Assembly: GCA_964247055.1 (NCBI GenBank)
Contig: OZ176056.1
Span: 6,882,001 to 6,946,000, forward strand
DNA length: 64,000 nucleotides
Reading direction: 5' to 3'
DNA from: Paragordius varius
Lineage: Eukaryota > Animalia > Nematomorpha
Position 1 is the stretch's first letter. Each line of letters starts with the position of its first letter. Shown here one piece after another: positions 40,362-54,300 of this stretch. The position numbers and the translations under genes are program-made. Under the pieces are notes generated by a model. That model did not search any database. It saw nothing but the letters and a program-made list of their open reading frames with translations, and was not told where the DNA came from.

Positions 40362-43300
40362 TATAAAAGGGTGTTCACCACGCGACCAAAATATTTTTGC
40401 AGCCCGCATTTTAAAAACGCAAAAATAATTTTTTAAACTAATTTTCTCAATAAGTCTTTACGGATTTGGCGATGAACTAACAAAATTGTTAAAATAAATA
40501 GTAGTTTTTAGAGTCTTAAATATAATAAAATAAAACATCAGTCAATTCTCATATGTTTTGCGAATGAGCCCGTCGAATTTTTTATATAAAAATGCTGCCC
40601 GCAAAGTTATTTTTGTTGAATACCCCTAGTATAAAATATGAGTGTTAAGATTTTAATAGTTAGTAGTGAATAATGATAAAAAATATTTTAATGTAGTTTC
40701 AAAAAAAATTGTATATTAAATATGTTAAGTGAAAACACGATTTTTTGATCGAGTTTTAATAAAAACCCTAACTATATGATTTTAGGCTATTAATTAGTAA
40801 AAATTCGATTCAATCATATTAAATCTTAACATCTTAAGTATTATCATTAATTTTTTGGTTATCTGTAACTATCCTTAATTTTAGTTTTGACCAATATCGA
40901 TTTTCTTTTAATGGTTAAAAGTACGTCCTTAACAAATCGAAAATTTTTCGGCAAATGAATTCGCTGGTAATAAGCTATCTGGTGAAAAAATATTTGTTGT
41001 TATATTTGCCCTCGTACACCTAGTGATAATAATGATTTTTGTCAGTTTTTCATTGGTCTATAATAATAACCCATTGTATATCGAATATGCTTTTTTTACA
41101 TTTCAACGTCTATTTTTTTAGATTGTGTTTATAACAGTGGCTACGATTGGGGTTGTGCTGGTTGGCTAAAAAATATTTTTTTAACCCCGGGCATTAAAAA
41201 CTGTTAAATTACTGTTATGTAAGGGTGTTTAATCAAAAATTTTACTGCTTTTCAGATAATTTCAAAATAATCAAAAATTATCAAAAGTACATCTGCGCAT
41301 TTAAAAGCTATAAGTGTAAAATCCTTTTTTGGTAAAGTTCTTACCATTTAAATGATTTGCGGCATCAAAGTTGTTTCTGAAAAATAAAGATAATATGAAA
41401 GTGCTCCAATATTTACGTAAAAAATTAAGTCATATAAGTTATATTTATTAATAAATTAATAACCTATCTCAAAATTTTTTATATGCAAATATAAAAACGT
41501 TATTAGATTTAAAATAATTTATTCATTTATATCACATATATAATATTTTGGGATTAATAAAAAGTTCTTCCTCTTGGTTGCCGTTGTCTAATTTAAACAA
41601 TATAATGGATACATTAAAAATCGAACTAATTTGGCACATTTTGTATGTATTGGGATATTTTAATATAATAAATAAGGAGGGCTTTCCAAAATTAAAATTT
41701 TAAAAAAATGTTTATAATGAAACCAAATCTTAAAACTTCATTTTATTACTTTAAAACTCAAAATTATTCAATTTAAAAATTAAATGTATGCATTCTTGAG
41801 CCTTTTGACTAATTAATAAAAAATTCAAAAAAAAACAAAATGCGGAAACTCTCTTAAACAGGTTAGCCTTCATTTTTTATGGATATTTTTGATTCTATTC
41901 AACAGGGAAATATTTGTAATATTATTATTTAAGAATGTAAAGAATTTAGTTGAAAAATCTATTATAGGGATAAGGTCAACTAATCAAATTCTTGACTCTT
42001 AGAAATTGCAAAAAGTTTAATTATTACATTTTTATCATAACAATTTTCAAAACAGTACTTTAAGTTTATTTGGGGTAAACCAATTATCACAATTATTCTA
42101 AGTTTAAATATCTTCCAATATTTTAAACAGGTATATAAATTATGAATAAAAGGCCCTTAAGACGAGAAAAAATATTTGAATACCATGTACCAAAGATTTT
42201 GCATTAATGTTGGGTATGACACAGTATAACTTGTATTTAGAATTTTTATATTGGGGAAAACAGTTATTACAAAATTAATCCAATAAAAGAGTATTTTACC
42301 GTGTTATTTCTAAACAAACATAATATAAATTATGCAAAATGATTAATGTTTCACATTATGGTCATGAAAATCGCAGTTTATTCATAATAAAAAAAATCGA
42401 AAGACCCCGAGATAATATGGAATAATAAATTTATTTTAAAAATATGACTATAAATAGATACACCTTATTTCAATCAAAACTAACTTAGTTTTTTTGTTAT
42501 ATTGTTTTTTTCTGAAGGCAAAATTTTAAAATCAATATATCTTTGTGAGCTTTAAGCTTTCTAGCTCTCATTCATAAATAAATATAGTTTGATTTTAAAA
42601 TTTAAATCAAATATTTAGTACAAATTTTTTTTTAAACATAAGGCTAAAATTTTATATAGCAATGTTTTACAGATATAAAGATGTCGTTTAAAGCTTGCCT
42701 CCAATAATTTTTATATTTTTATGTAACAATTAATGATAATTCATCGAAATGGCTTTGATAATTATAATATTTGAATGAAAATTCTATTGATTTGTATCCA
42801 AATGTAAAAAGTGGTCATAAATGAGAACATAGAATATAAATATCTATGTTGGAAAAAATTTAAGCGTAAATAGCCAATATAAGCATACTTGGTGTCTCTA
42901 AAACTAAATATATATTATGTTTAAAAATTAGTTCTGAGCAATACAATTATTATAAAATAAAAAAATTTTCCACCAACAATAGAAATATATAATTTATTTA
43001 TCAATTTTCATTAATTTTATATACCCAAGCTTGAACCTAAATTTTATATATGATAAAAAATATATTATGACGGTTTGACAACAGTTTAATTTTGTAAATT
43101 ACTAATAACATAATTATTTAAGCCGTATAAAAGGTAAAAACAAATTAATTATAATCATTTTCAAAGTCTTGTCAAAAGCATCGTCAAGATTTATTAAGAA
43201 TATAATAATACAAATTCAATTATTCATCAAAAATAATTATAAAAATACTTGTTAGATTTCCATTTGAATTACTTGCTACAAAAAATTATAAATTTCAAAA

Positions 43301-45059
43301 CACAAAAATGATAATAAATTATTTACAATTGAGATGTATGACATTGTTAGATTTAGGGGTGACACCTATATTTATTTAACAATTAAATAGAAAATAATTA
43401 TAATGAATAAACCTAAAATACCTGATAGAATTGAAACAATCAAAACTAGCCAAAAGAAAAAAATCATTTTGAAGGTTTGAAAAGTGGTTTATTGTAAAAA
43501 AGTGTAATATAAACCAATAAAATTAAGATAATTATTAAATGATATTGATATACCCATATTATATGATTAATATATTTTTGTGCTTAATTAATTTCTTAGA
43601 AACCTTGTAAGATTCTCGTAAAGGTCAAAATTTACCTTTTTTTATATATTTCATATATACAGGCTATTTATGGTAATTTTTCTTAAATATTTACCTTTCT
43701 CTATTTATAGAAAATTTAATTATACATGTACAATTTTATATAAAAAAATTTTTTAAGTGGTAATAAGTAGTAATTTGTTTCTACTGGTGTGCCGTACTCA
43801 TTGATAATATTGATAAATAAAATAATCTTATTTTATTTTATAGTGCTATTTGGCCAAAATCAGAATATCAAATTCTTCTATATTAAGTGGAATAAAAACG
43901 GTAAAGTTTGTTTGTTAAAGTGTATGTATGATTTTTGCAACTGTTAGAACAGATGGAGACGAACATGCAGTAAATACTACTAAATCCTGATGACATGATA
44001 TAATTGAAACTATTTTAATACAAATTTAAAATGTCAACTGTATATATAATAAATTGCTTGATATTTATTTTATTAAAAAAGCGGATATGAACACCTTTTT
44101 AATTCAAAATTCATTCAAACATTTCAATATAAAAAAATATATGTCATCCAATATAATTTAGAGAGTTGGTTTTAACGTTTTTTTTTTACCAAATATTATT
44201 ATCGATGCTTTATATTTTCTCAGAGACAATCTATACACAATTTTAAGGGAATATAAGGAAAACATTAAATTATCCAAATATTTTTGGCATTCATAATCAT
44301 TATAGTCTTCATTTCTTTAAAACTATAATAAAAGTATATTAGATATTTTGTACGCAGGCTATTTGCAAATTTTATTATTTCCAAAATCTCTTTCTATATT
44401 AAGCCTATAAACTTTTTTAAGCTTAAATTATGTGACCTTAATTATATTAAATATATGGGTGTAGAAATAAAAATAAAAAACTTATACCGCAGGTTTGTAT
44501 ATTTCATATTTTACCTCAAAGTTTTTTTACTTCATCTTCAAGGACTATAGAGAAGAAACTTTACCGATAATAATTTCGTTTAGGATTATCGCACATTAAC
44601 AATTTAAATGACGCGTTTATTTGTATTTAGTATTTAATGTGCAAAAAATGCGATTTTTAAAAATTGGCTAATAGAAAAATTTTAAATATAATTTTTTGGA
44701 AACGGCATTTATCTAAGTTGTGTTATCATACATATAAGTTTATTTTTTATCCCCCATTTCGCTGTTTAATGTGACAGATACCTAATTTTTTGAATTGATA
44801 ATTAATAATACGTAAATGCAATTGGTAATTCAAGTGTGTGCCAAATTGAGGGTCATGCTATCGATCAAAACTTTTAAAATAAATTATATTTTACCAGGTG
44901 TATTAATAGGTTACCGGTTAAAAGCCATATATTTCAAAGGAAAAAATTATTTATTTTAATTAAAATATTGTCTTTCCACATCCTCTGTACAATGCCCATC
45001 TCGTATGTAAAAACACAGCTTAAAAAACTGATTGCTTTTTGTCGAAAATTATTTGTCAA

Positions 45060-45420
45060 ATTTTCAGCGTTTTTCAAATTACTGAAAGGTGATCTGCACT
45101 CGTGTACCGCATGATGTGAGAATAGTTAGGTAGTTAGGTCAGGTTGTTATCGAGGAGAAGCTGCTTTCAGTTGGTTTTGCTATGCAAGAACGTTTCAAAT
45201 CCAGTAGTTTTTCAATTAATTCATGGTTAAATTTGTCCTTAGTTAGTCAGCGGGGACCGTCATATCCTACAAACATATAGGGCATGTGCTTTTAGCTGAA
45301 GCGTAACTTCGGTGCAAATGGAGTGGCTTGGCAAGGTCGGTATAACTTATTCTACTTTGGATTTCCACAACAAAGCCACTTCTCATCACCCATCGCATTT
45401 CGATGTTAAAATAATTTGCG
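45060..45420 (-). mobile_element. Second mariner transposase relic
   Basis: MGDEKWLCCGNPK...PCQATPFAPKLRF and LLLDNN correspond to the mariner GDEKWI.YDNPKR and LHDNA motifs. Confidence 0.7.
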
Positions 45421-46159
45421 TCTTGAAACTGAATTTATAGTAGATTTTCGATTTTACATTCATTTAATTTTTGTCGTTTACCATATTCATTTTCCCATTG
45501 CTCTTAAACGTCTATTGATTGTTTTTTATAATAAATATGATGCCTCTGATAATTCTGGTGGGTCATTTAATGTCAGATCTACAAATTGGCTTTTTTACTG
45601 TTCACTGACGTCTTCTCTTAGTTAACCCATAATAAATTATAAAAAGTTTTATTGTTTGGTTACGAGTGACATAAAAAAATTAATTGGCTTATATATTTAC
45701 TCATTGATCAAATAATGACAAATGCACATCATGCTATAAAATTCAATTCGATTTTATATAAAAATTACTCACGATTAAGTTAAAGTAACGACACAAACCA
45801 TACGCACATGAAAAGAAGTATACATTTTTTTCAGTTCATATCCCAGAGCGATTCAATATATGAATATTTTTAAAAGTATTTAAGGATTATAAGCCGAATC
45901 AAAATGTGCTTTCTTTAGCCCTTAAGCGCATACATTTTTTGAAAAATCCTCATCTTAAACCTTTATGCCGCTTTTTTGTATAATTTTTGAAATCGTTATT
46001 AGGCATATAAATGTATATTATGGCCTGAAAAGGTGAACAAATAACTCCTGATATATTTTTATTTAATATCAGTTGTTCAATTGTGTTGAAGCTGTCCCAA
46101 TTTTAGACTCTGGAGACAAAACAAAAAAATAAAGCCTTATCTGATACATGAGGACTATT

Positions 46160-46760
46160 GCCCATGTGAAGGTTGAAACAATGTTCATACATTCGTTCTT
46201 TTGGTGAAGATAAAAAGCTCATCCTACCTTCACTTGCGTGCTATAAAACGAGCATATAAAATTGAGGATCGTAGGATTTTTAATACTTAATAACTTTTGA
46301 ACTATATGGAATTTTTGAATTCTGAAAAGTGTTCCAAATAAAGTAAACACTATATTATAATATTTTAGCTGACAAAAGATTATTTGTTGAAAGTATTATC
46401 AAAAATTTTAGTTATATTAGAAGGCATTAAAACTAAATAAATACTTGGGTATTTATTAATTAGCTCTAATTTTTAGTCCAGTATAATTTTCGTTGGCAAT
46501 TAAAACTAAAAAATGCCATATAATTACTATCCATCAACATTCGACACTATAGGATAATCCTGGGTATATATCATATTTTAATCGTCCAAGTAAGTTTCTT
46601 AAATCTTTTTTTATCTATTATTTATAGGCTTGGTCCCATATCTCAGACATCATTCAGTCCGAGTCTGGCTACTTGTTCAGCCACTCAACATTCACATAAA
46701 ATAAACATATGATTTAAAACGAGCCCATTTCGGTGAAGGTAGAGACACCTTCACATGGGC
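46160..46760. mobile_element. ~600-bp putative MITE with 14-bp TIR
   Basis: TIRs are gcccatgtgaaggt and accttcacatgggc. The flanks ctatt and ctatg may be an imperfect TSD. Confidence 0.4.
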
Positions 46761-47635
46761 CTATGTTTAATTAAATTATAACCGAAATAACTTTCAAAAT
46801 AGTAGTTTATTTATAAAATTAAGCTCTGGTATACAAAACTAGCCCAAAAGGTAAATTAGGACAAAAAAATAAAAAGTTAATGAATTTTCAAATGTGACTG
46901 TGCTGTTTTGATTACTTTGAATGCACTTATGTCATTACTCTACCTATTGGTAAACTTTAATTAGATACATTTGCTTATAATTTAGATTACAGTATGCACA
47001 TTAATGTTAGCAAATTGACCATTTTGGCCATTAGGCAAGACAGTAGCGTATGAGTAAAAAAGAAATGGATAAAATAACATTTTTTTCTATCTTGCAACAT
47101 GGAATTATTTTATGGACTTAATTTATCATACGCCACTGTATTACCGATTGGCAAACGTGTGATGTAAATTACCACATACTTTATATATATGCATTGCAAA
47201 TTTACAAATATATATCATAGGTATATATAAATTAAAATAAGATTGATTAACTAGAAACATATGAAAAAATAATCGCCCAATGCTAAGGTTTTATGTTAGA
47301 AAAAATGCAAAAATTTGACTGGATTTTATGTTTTGGTTTCATAAAAAAATTATTTTCATCTCTTATATTACATAATATTTAATTTATTTAATTCTAAAAT
47401 CAAATTCAATAAAATTTAATAAAATCAGCTCCAATAAGTTTTATAAAAGAAATAACAGGGCGCTTTAACATAGTAAAATAAATCGTTACTTTTATAAACA
47501 TGGTCATTTCGCTAACTTATCGCTTTAAATCACTAATATTTTACAAATTAAATTTTATCCTCGTTTGATTTGATAAAACAGCAAAAAAATAAAAGAGCAT
47601 ATATTCATATTAAAGTTAATGGTAAAGTTAATTTA

Positions 47636-47807
47636 CAGTGGCGTATGGAGTAAAAGATTGTTAGTGCAAAATAGAAAAAAAAATGTTTTTTTTAAAAAAA
47701 CAAGGGGACATTATACATATGTGTATTTACAACTAAAATTGTTTTTTTAAAAAAAACATTTTTTTATTCTATTTTGCACTAACAATCTTTTATTCCATAC
47801 GCCACTG
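47636..47807. mobile_element. 172-bp hairpin MITE (Tc1/mariner type, TA TSD, CAGTGGCGTATG termini)
   Basis: ta|cagtggcgtatggagtaaaagattgttagtgcaaaatag...ctattttgcactaacaatcttttattccatacgccactg|ta, with arms of about 70 bp. Shorter relatives are at 47041-47138 and 26537-26654. Confidence 0.9.
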
Positions 47808-48333
47808 TATCTAATAAATATTTAATTTTCAGTTATATTTTATTTGGGATAAAGAAAAAATGTTAATGCACAAAAATATAAAATGGTGAAAATGATGTGT
47901 TGTAAAAGCATTTATAACTAGTGAAAAAAGCAGTAAAACCACACATTATTTTATATTTTTTAATTTTGTTTTATTTTTTACATTATCCTGAAAAAGGTTA
48001 TACAAATATAACCGAAAATTAAATATGTTTAAATATTTATACGCTTTTTTGCCATTTACTTTAACTATATATAAAAGTACTATTCATAGTAGTTTAATTG
48101 GCAAAAACGTATTTATATTGAAATTCAGTAACCCCCTTCGTCATAGAGTTTGATGCGAGAAATATACATGGCTATAAATTTTATGGAGATTGGTTTCAGA
48201 TTATTTATTAATCACTGGACTAATTGTTTGTGGGATGCGATTAATGTATTTCATAATATTACAAAATTAAATCACTAGCGCATAATTAATATTTAAAATT
48301 ATATTATAACCCAATGATGATGTATGTGTTTAA

Positions 48334-51300
48334 TTAGATGTTATAAGTACAATTTATGCTTGGAATTTTTACATGTTTTCCATATACATCACACTTGACC
48401 ACTGAACAATACAATGGTCTGTCATCATAGAGAATCATTTTAGTGGATAATTGATCCTTTCTTATGGTGGTTGGGATGTTATAAAAGCCTTGAGATACGT
48501 CCCATATCTTTGGAAAATCTATAACGCGTAAAAAACATAGGTTACTTATGTTTCTTAGAATGAATTTCTCAATTAAAATCAATTAATTTGGGACAGGACA
48601 CCCGATAACAAATTCTTATCGATAGAGTAAATTGGTTGCTATTTTATATGGAATTAATTATACGTCAACCAATAAATTCGGAGTGCACAACAACATAGGA
48701 TTGATTTGGTTTATTTATTAAAAAAATGAATAAAATGATTTATTTAAAATTGTTTAATAAAAATTTTAGAATGATTTTGAAAACTCAAACTAAAATTCCG
48801 TTTTTAAAAAGGATGTTTGAATACACATATGCATATGTTAAATATATGTTAAAATATATGGGAATATATAATACTATAAATATTTTTAAAGTTAAAAACC
48901 ACCATATACAAAATAAATGTATAGCCAAATGCGTTTGAATGCCCGAGGTATTTACAAATGTGTTCAAGTGATGGTTAAAATATTTTAATAATACCACTAT
49001 TTTGCCCTACGGTTGACCACCATATTTTTTTGGGCATTAAAAAATATTTAAAAATGTTAAAAAATAAAAAAAATGGATTTCAATCAAAAAGTTAGGATTA
49101 TTTGGAAGGTGTCTAAAATCGAACTTAAAGAAAAAACTATTAAAGCAGCCCGTGAAGATATTTGTGTTGGCACCTCTGTTTTACCTTTCTATGCCAAATA
49201 AACTTGATAATACATCAGTGTATATAAAATATACACTGAGATATATCATATAATATTTCATTACAAAAGGTAAACTAAAATTAATTTTTTAAAAAGTAAT
49301 GTCACACTGAGCTTATTCATGTTATATGTAGAAGTAAGTTAAGTTAATTAGTAAACAGACACATTCTCGTAAACTCAAAAGTTTAATTATTAATATAATA
49401 ACGCCCTAGTTAAATAATACTTATGAGTTAGTTTGTATTTTACCATTTATTTTATCTTTTAATTTTTTGGTTTCTCAGAAAAAGTTTATCTTCGGAACTC
49501 AGGAATAGGTACTTTAATTTGTTAAAAATAAAAAATAATATTAATAAATATATTTAAAAACAATTTATCACACATAACTTTTACCCTAGATAGTGAATAT
49601 TTATATTATAATAATCATCATTTCTTAAGTTTTCTATGGCTTGGGGCATAAATAAAAATATTTGATCAATTTGTAAAATACTAACTTAATAAGATTTTTT
49701 TAAGTCACTAGGAACAATAAAATAATTACTTAATAAATAAGTATCTAATTGCATGCCTTATTTTGTGTTAACAAAAAATTATTGGTTTGTGCCTTTTAAT
49801 ATTATAATAAATTATTAAAGTTGAAAAATACTGTGTGAGTCGCAATCTTTATTGGGTACATACGGTTTTAGCGTTATATTTACAATATTTTTCCTTTGTT
49901 TTACTATGATGTAGGATGGAGGATCATTTAAAAAGCTAATGGCAACTTCATCATTGTAATCCTTTATGTCATCCAATTGAAGTATATTCAATCCATCATC
50001 CAAAACAACTATGTCCTCAGTATAACTTAAAGGGACGTGAATAGTAATATAATCGTTTGCAACATATTCATATGCTAGGGATTCTAAATTAATAAATACA
50101 AAAAATAAACAATAGAAGTGTTTAGCTTATAATAATTTATATATCTTTCTAGATATTTCATTCATTATTTGTGAATAAATATGCCGTTTCTAATGATTAT
50201 TTTTTATTATAGGTAAATTTAGCAGTAAAATTTTTGCGTCTTTATAAAAATAGTTTATTTTGAAAAATAGGAGACGATTATATATTGACATATAGTAGAA
50301 TTACTACCGAAAATGCGTCTCTTTTAATATTTTATTAATAAAACATTTTATTAATAAAACATTTTATTAATTAAACGCAACATTGTTTCAGCAAACCCAA
50401 CATTTTTCAAGCAAAAGTAACTATTTTAATTGTAAACATTGTTTTTTTTCATTTTATGACAATATTAATTAAGGGTTTACTTGATTTTAAGTACAATTAG
50501 CGAATTTATATATGAATTTTATTGTTTCCCAGTTGGTCCTTATATTTTTTTCGTATACTCATAATTTTAGTGAGTGTTTACTAATTTTATTTAGCCTAAC
50601 TTTATTTAAAGTATTTTTCATCTAAAATATACATTAATTTAAATTAACTTTTTTTATATTGTACTTCCAATTCTATAATAGTATATTAACAATTTAATTA
50701 TAATTTTAAAATACATAATTGATTAGGTTATGGAATTACATCCCTATTCATTTGCAATATAAATAATAAGTAAAAATTTTTTGGCTTTATTGCGTTTTGT
50801 CCGTATAATATCAATTTAAACTGTAATAAGCTTGTATAGTCTCTTATTAATTCATTATTTTAATTCTCAACATTTGTTCAAATTTATCGTTAAAGTATAT
50901 TTTAAGTTGCTACTAAAAGTATAAATATTCATTTATAATTGCAGAAAGTTGTTTGTTTGACATATTGGCCAATTAAACAAGTGGCATATAATAAAAATGT
51001 GTTTTGTCCATTTGAAATTTAATGTTGCATAAATTAAATTGTATTTCAACTAATTCCTTTTTACCCATTAGTTACTGTATTAATTGGCTAAAAATAATTG
51101 CATTGACCAACATTATTGTACACACTGTGCCGGGGGTGTCAGGCCCTAAAGGACCCCAAAATGTTTCTGCAGCCAGCAGAAAATTGGAAAAATACCAAAT
51201 GCATTTTATAATTTAAAAAATGGTAATTACGAAAACTAATAATAAATCTTGGCAATGAAGTGGTAAAAACTGTTGAAATGAATCGTTATTTTGTATTTTT

Positions 51301-54300
51301 GGTATGTTTTTCAGTCTTGTGTGAAAATATTAAAAAATTTTGTTGTTGCCCACATATATTTTCGAATGCGTCCTGTCGGATTTTTTGAGATAAAAATGTC
51401 GCCTTTGAAGACATTTGTGTTGCACACCCCTGCTCGAGATTTCAGCAGGAACCGGTTTAGTTGTATTAGAAACAACTTTTTTCAATCCATTAGCAACTAC
51501 CACGATTTCGGTTCCAATATTTTAAATATACTCGAATTCTCAAATTTTTAGGAACCAGTTTGTTTCAACCACCTCCTTACGATGTTGTCAATTTTCTTAC
51601 ATATATATCTAGCTTTCACTTGAAAAGAATCACAATCATTATTATTTAGGTAATTTTTTTTAATTCATAGATTACCTTACAATATTTATTAAACTTCCAA
51701 ATATATGAAGACTTATAACTTAAGAAAAATGAAAATACTAAGCAAGGTTGTGTCTTCTTATATTTCCTTAAAAACTTAATTATAGCGTTTACCATAAAGA
51801 AAGGTGGTACTTAAATCCAGGTCCTGGGGCCGCATGAATTCCTAAAAAACTGATTTTTCTGGTCACAAAGATTGCAAAAACATTAAAATAAGGTTTTCAT
51901 TAGCGGTACGCTATAAGGCTACAACACTTTATTATGTATTAAATTAGTGCCATTTAGTTAAAATTACAAAACTATTATTATATTGAAATTTTTGATAAAT
52001 CTTATGAAAAGTCAGGGAGACCAAAATGGGATTGGTTCGGTTCCGGACATGCTTACGGTTCCGTTTCAAACATTTTAGAATACCTCGGTTCCGATTCCAC
52101 TGTTCTCCACCCAAATCGAAGTTCTGATTTCAACTATCCCGATCTTGTATTGCATAAAAGAAAAATTGACAAAAAATACAGCGCTGTATATCTTGGTTTA
52201 AGAAATAAATAAATTTTTATTAAACGAATAATCTTTTGTAAAAGCTCGATAGTAGTAACGAAAACTATCAAAAAAGATTTATGGATTTAGAAGCGAAGCT
52301 TGCATTTCTGGCGCCTGAAACATGAATCGTGATCTTCCACCCTCTCTTTAAGACCCCTTGCATTTTAAAAAATAATCAAATTCAAACCGTAGTCATGATC
52401 ACTCAAAAATGTATGTATTATTTAGAATAATAACTTTTATATTTTTTTTTTAAAAAAAAAAATTAAAATCCGACGCCCCTTCAACTATGACGCATGGTTC
52501 AGTCTCCCTTTTCCCCTCTAGCCACGCCTCTAGAAGCAGCTAATGGTAATTATTACCTTAAAAATTCATCCCGATTAAATCGCCTAATAAACGTTCAGAA
52601 TTATGTTTTCCGAAAACATCAGAGTTTTTGAGGGGCTTTTGGTTTTGTACCTTAAGACTTCATTAAGAAAAATTACATTTTTGTGGTAAAAATCGAAATT
52701 CGTTTACATTATGCTATATATTTTTTTTACTGAAGAACGCTTTATTATAAACAAACAATATCATTAAAATAATCATTAACTATTCTAGAAGGGAACAATA
52801 TTTTTTATTTTTTATGTTGAGAGTTTCGAATGATTGCCTCTCCCTTCTGAAATTATCTAGCATTTCTAAAACAAACGCAAAAATGCCGAGATTTCACGAT
52901 AATTAATATTTAGATTATGGCAACAAAAGAATATTTTTAAAATGACATTTTGATTAAAAATTTAATGTGAGTAAAATTTTGTAAAATCTTATTTCTCGCT
53001 TATTTGGAAACATAAACGTTAAGAAACGGCTTATAGGTATTTTATATGAAAGATAAACTTCTCTATCACCTCAAAAATTTTTTAGAGGTTTGTTTGCATT
53101 TAAATTCGGGTGAATTTCGGTGAAGAACACATATTATACCTCAACATAAATAAAAGAACAAAATTTATAGCTAAAATCCGAGAATAGTAATGTTTGCGCG
53201 ATAGAATTGGAAAAATGTTTATATAATGTCTTAAATTAGTGATTCCTACCCTTTTTTGTTTAAGGTCCACAATTGAAAAAAATTTGCATATATGTGTTTC
53301 ATCAAAATATTTTTTAAAAAAATGAGCCAAAAATGAGAATAGCTTTTTTAACCTCTAAATAACACTTAATTTTTTATTGGATATTTTTATAATTTCTGTC
53401 GTAGAAATTTTTAGCAAGGTAGCAGCTTTGTCTTTGCTTTTGGGTTCTAGCACCTTAATTTTAATGAAATTTTGAATAAGAAGATATATTATTTTTCAAT
53501 ATTTTATGTTTAATTAAAAAGTTAAAATAAATATACTTACTATTTCGACTATCTTCTTCATACACTATATTATATTGATATAAGAAATTATTTTTATTAA
53601 ATTCCTGCATGAGCAAAAATATTGAATAAAAAGATTAGAATGGACTCAAAAATTTTGACTGGTCTTCTCATTTTTGCGGCCTTGAACTCATACGGGGTGT
53701 GACATAAAAAGCTTAGCATGACAAATTTCCCAAAATATACGAGAATTTGTCAAATGTAGATTTTAAACATAAAATAGTAATTAAAAATATGATTAGTAAA
53801 TATTTATGAAATATCAATTATATTCAGATGTTAATAATCAAGTATTTGATTATTTTAGTTTGGGCCGCACATAATATTGAAAGGGTTACATGTAAGTGGT
53901 CAGTTGAACACTATAGTAACTTTTATTTTATCAAAAATTTATTTTTTTCGTTATATAGGTATAACTATTTGGTAATGAATGAAAAAAACAAGAGTATTGT
54001 AATTCTTATACTTTTTTGATGAATATGATATCGTAAATACTATAGAATTTGTTTTTATCCTTTTTTTATCAAATATTTATACTTATTTAACACTCAGATA
54101 CAACACTTTCTTTTAGTCCTTCTAATCAAATTGGTTGGATACCACAGGCCTGCTTAAAATTAAATACTTTAAAAATTAGAGAAGGAATTGAAATGGCAAA
54201 ATTTTGCTCTACTATAACTTTAATAAACCGAAATATATAAAAAACTTTTAAAAAAAATACTTGATATTATTTATTTTAAGGTAAAACCCAAAGGTAAAAA

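Noticed and set aside
45124-45145. TTAGG-like telomeric motif
   Set aside because: Only two imperfect units, lying inside a mariner relic.
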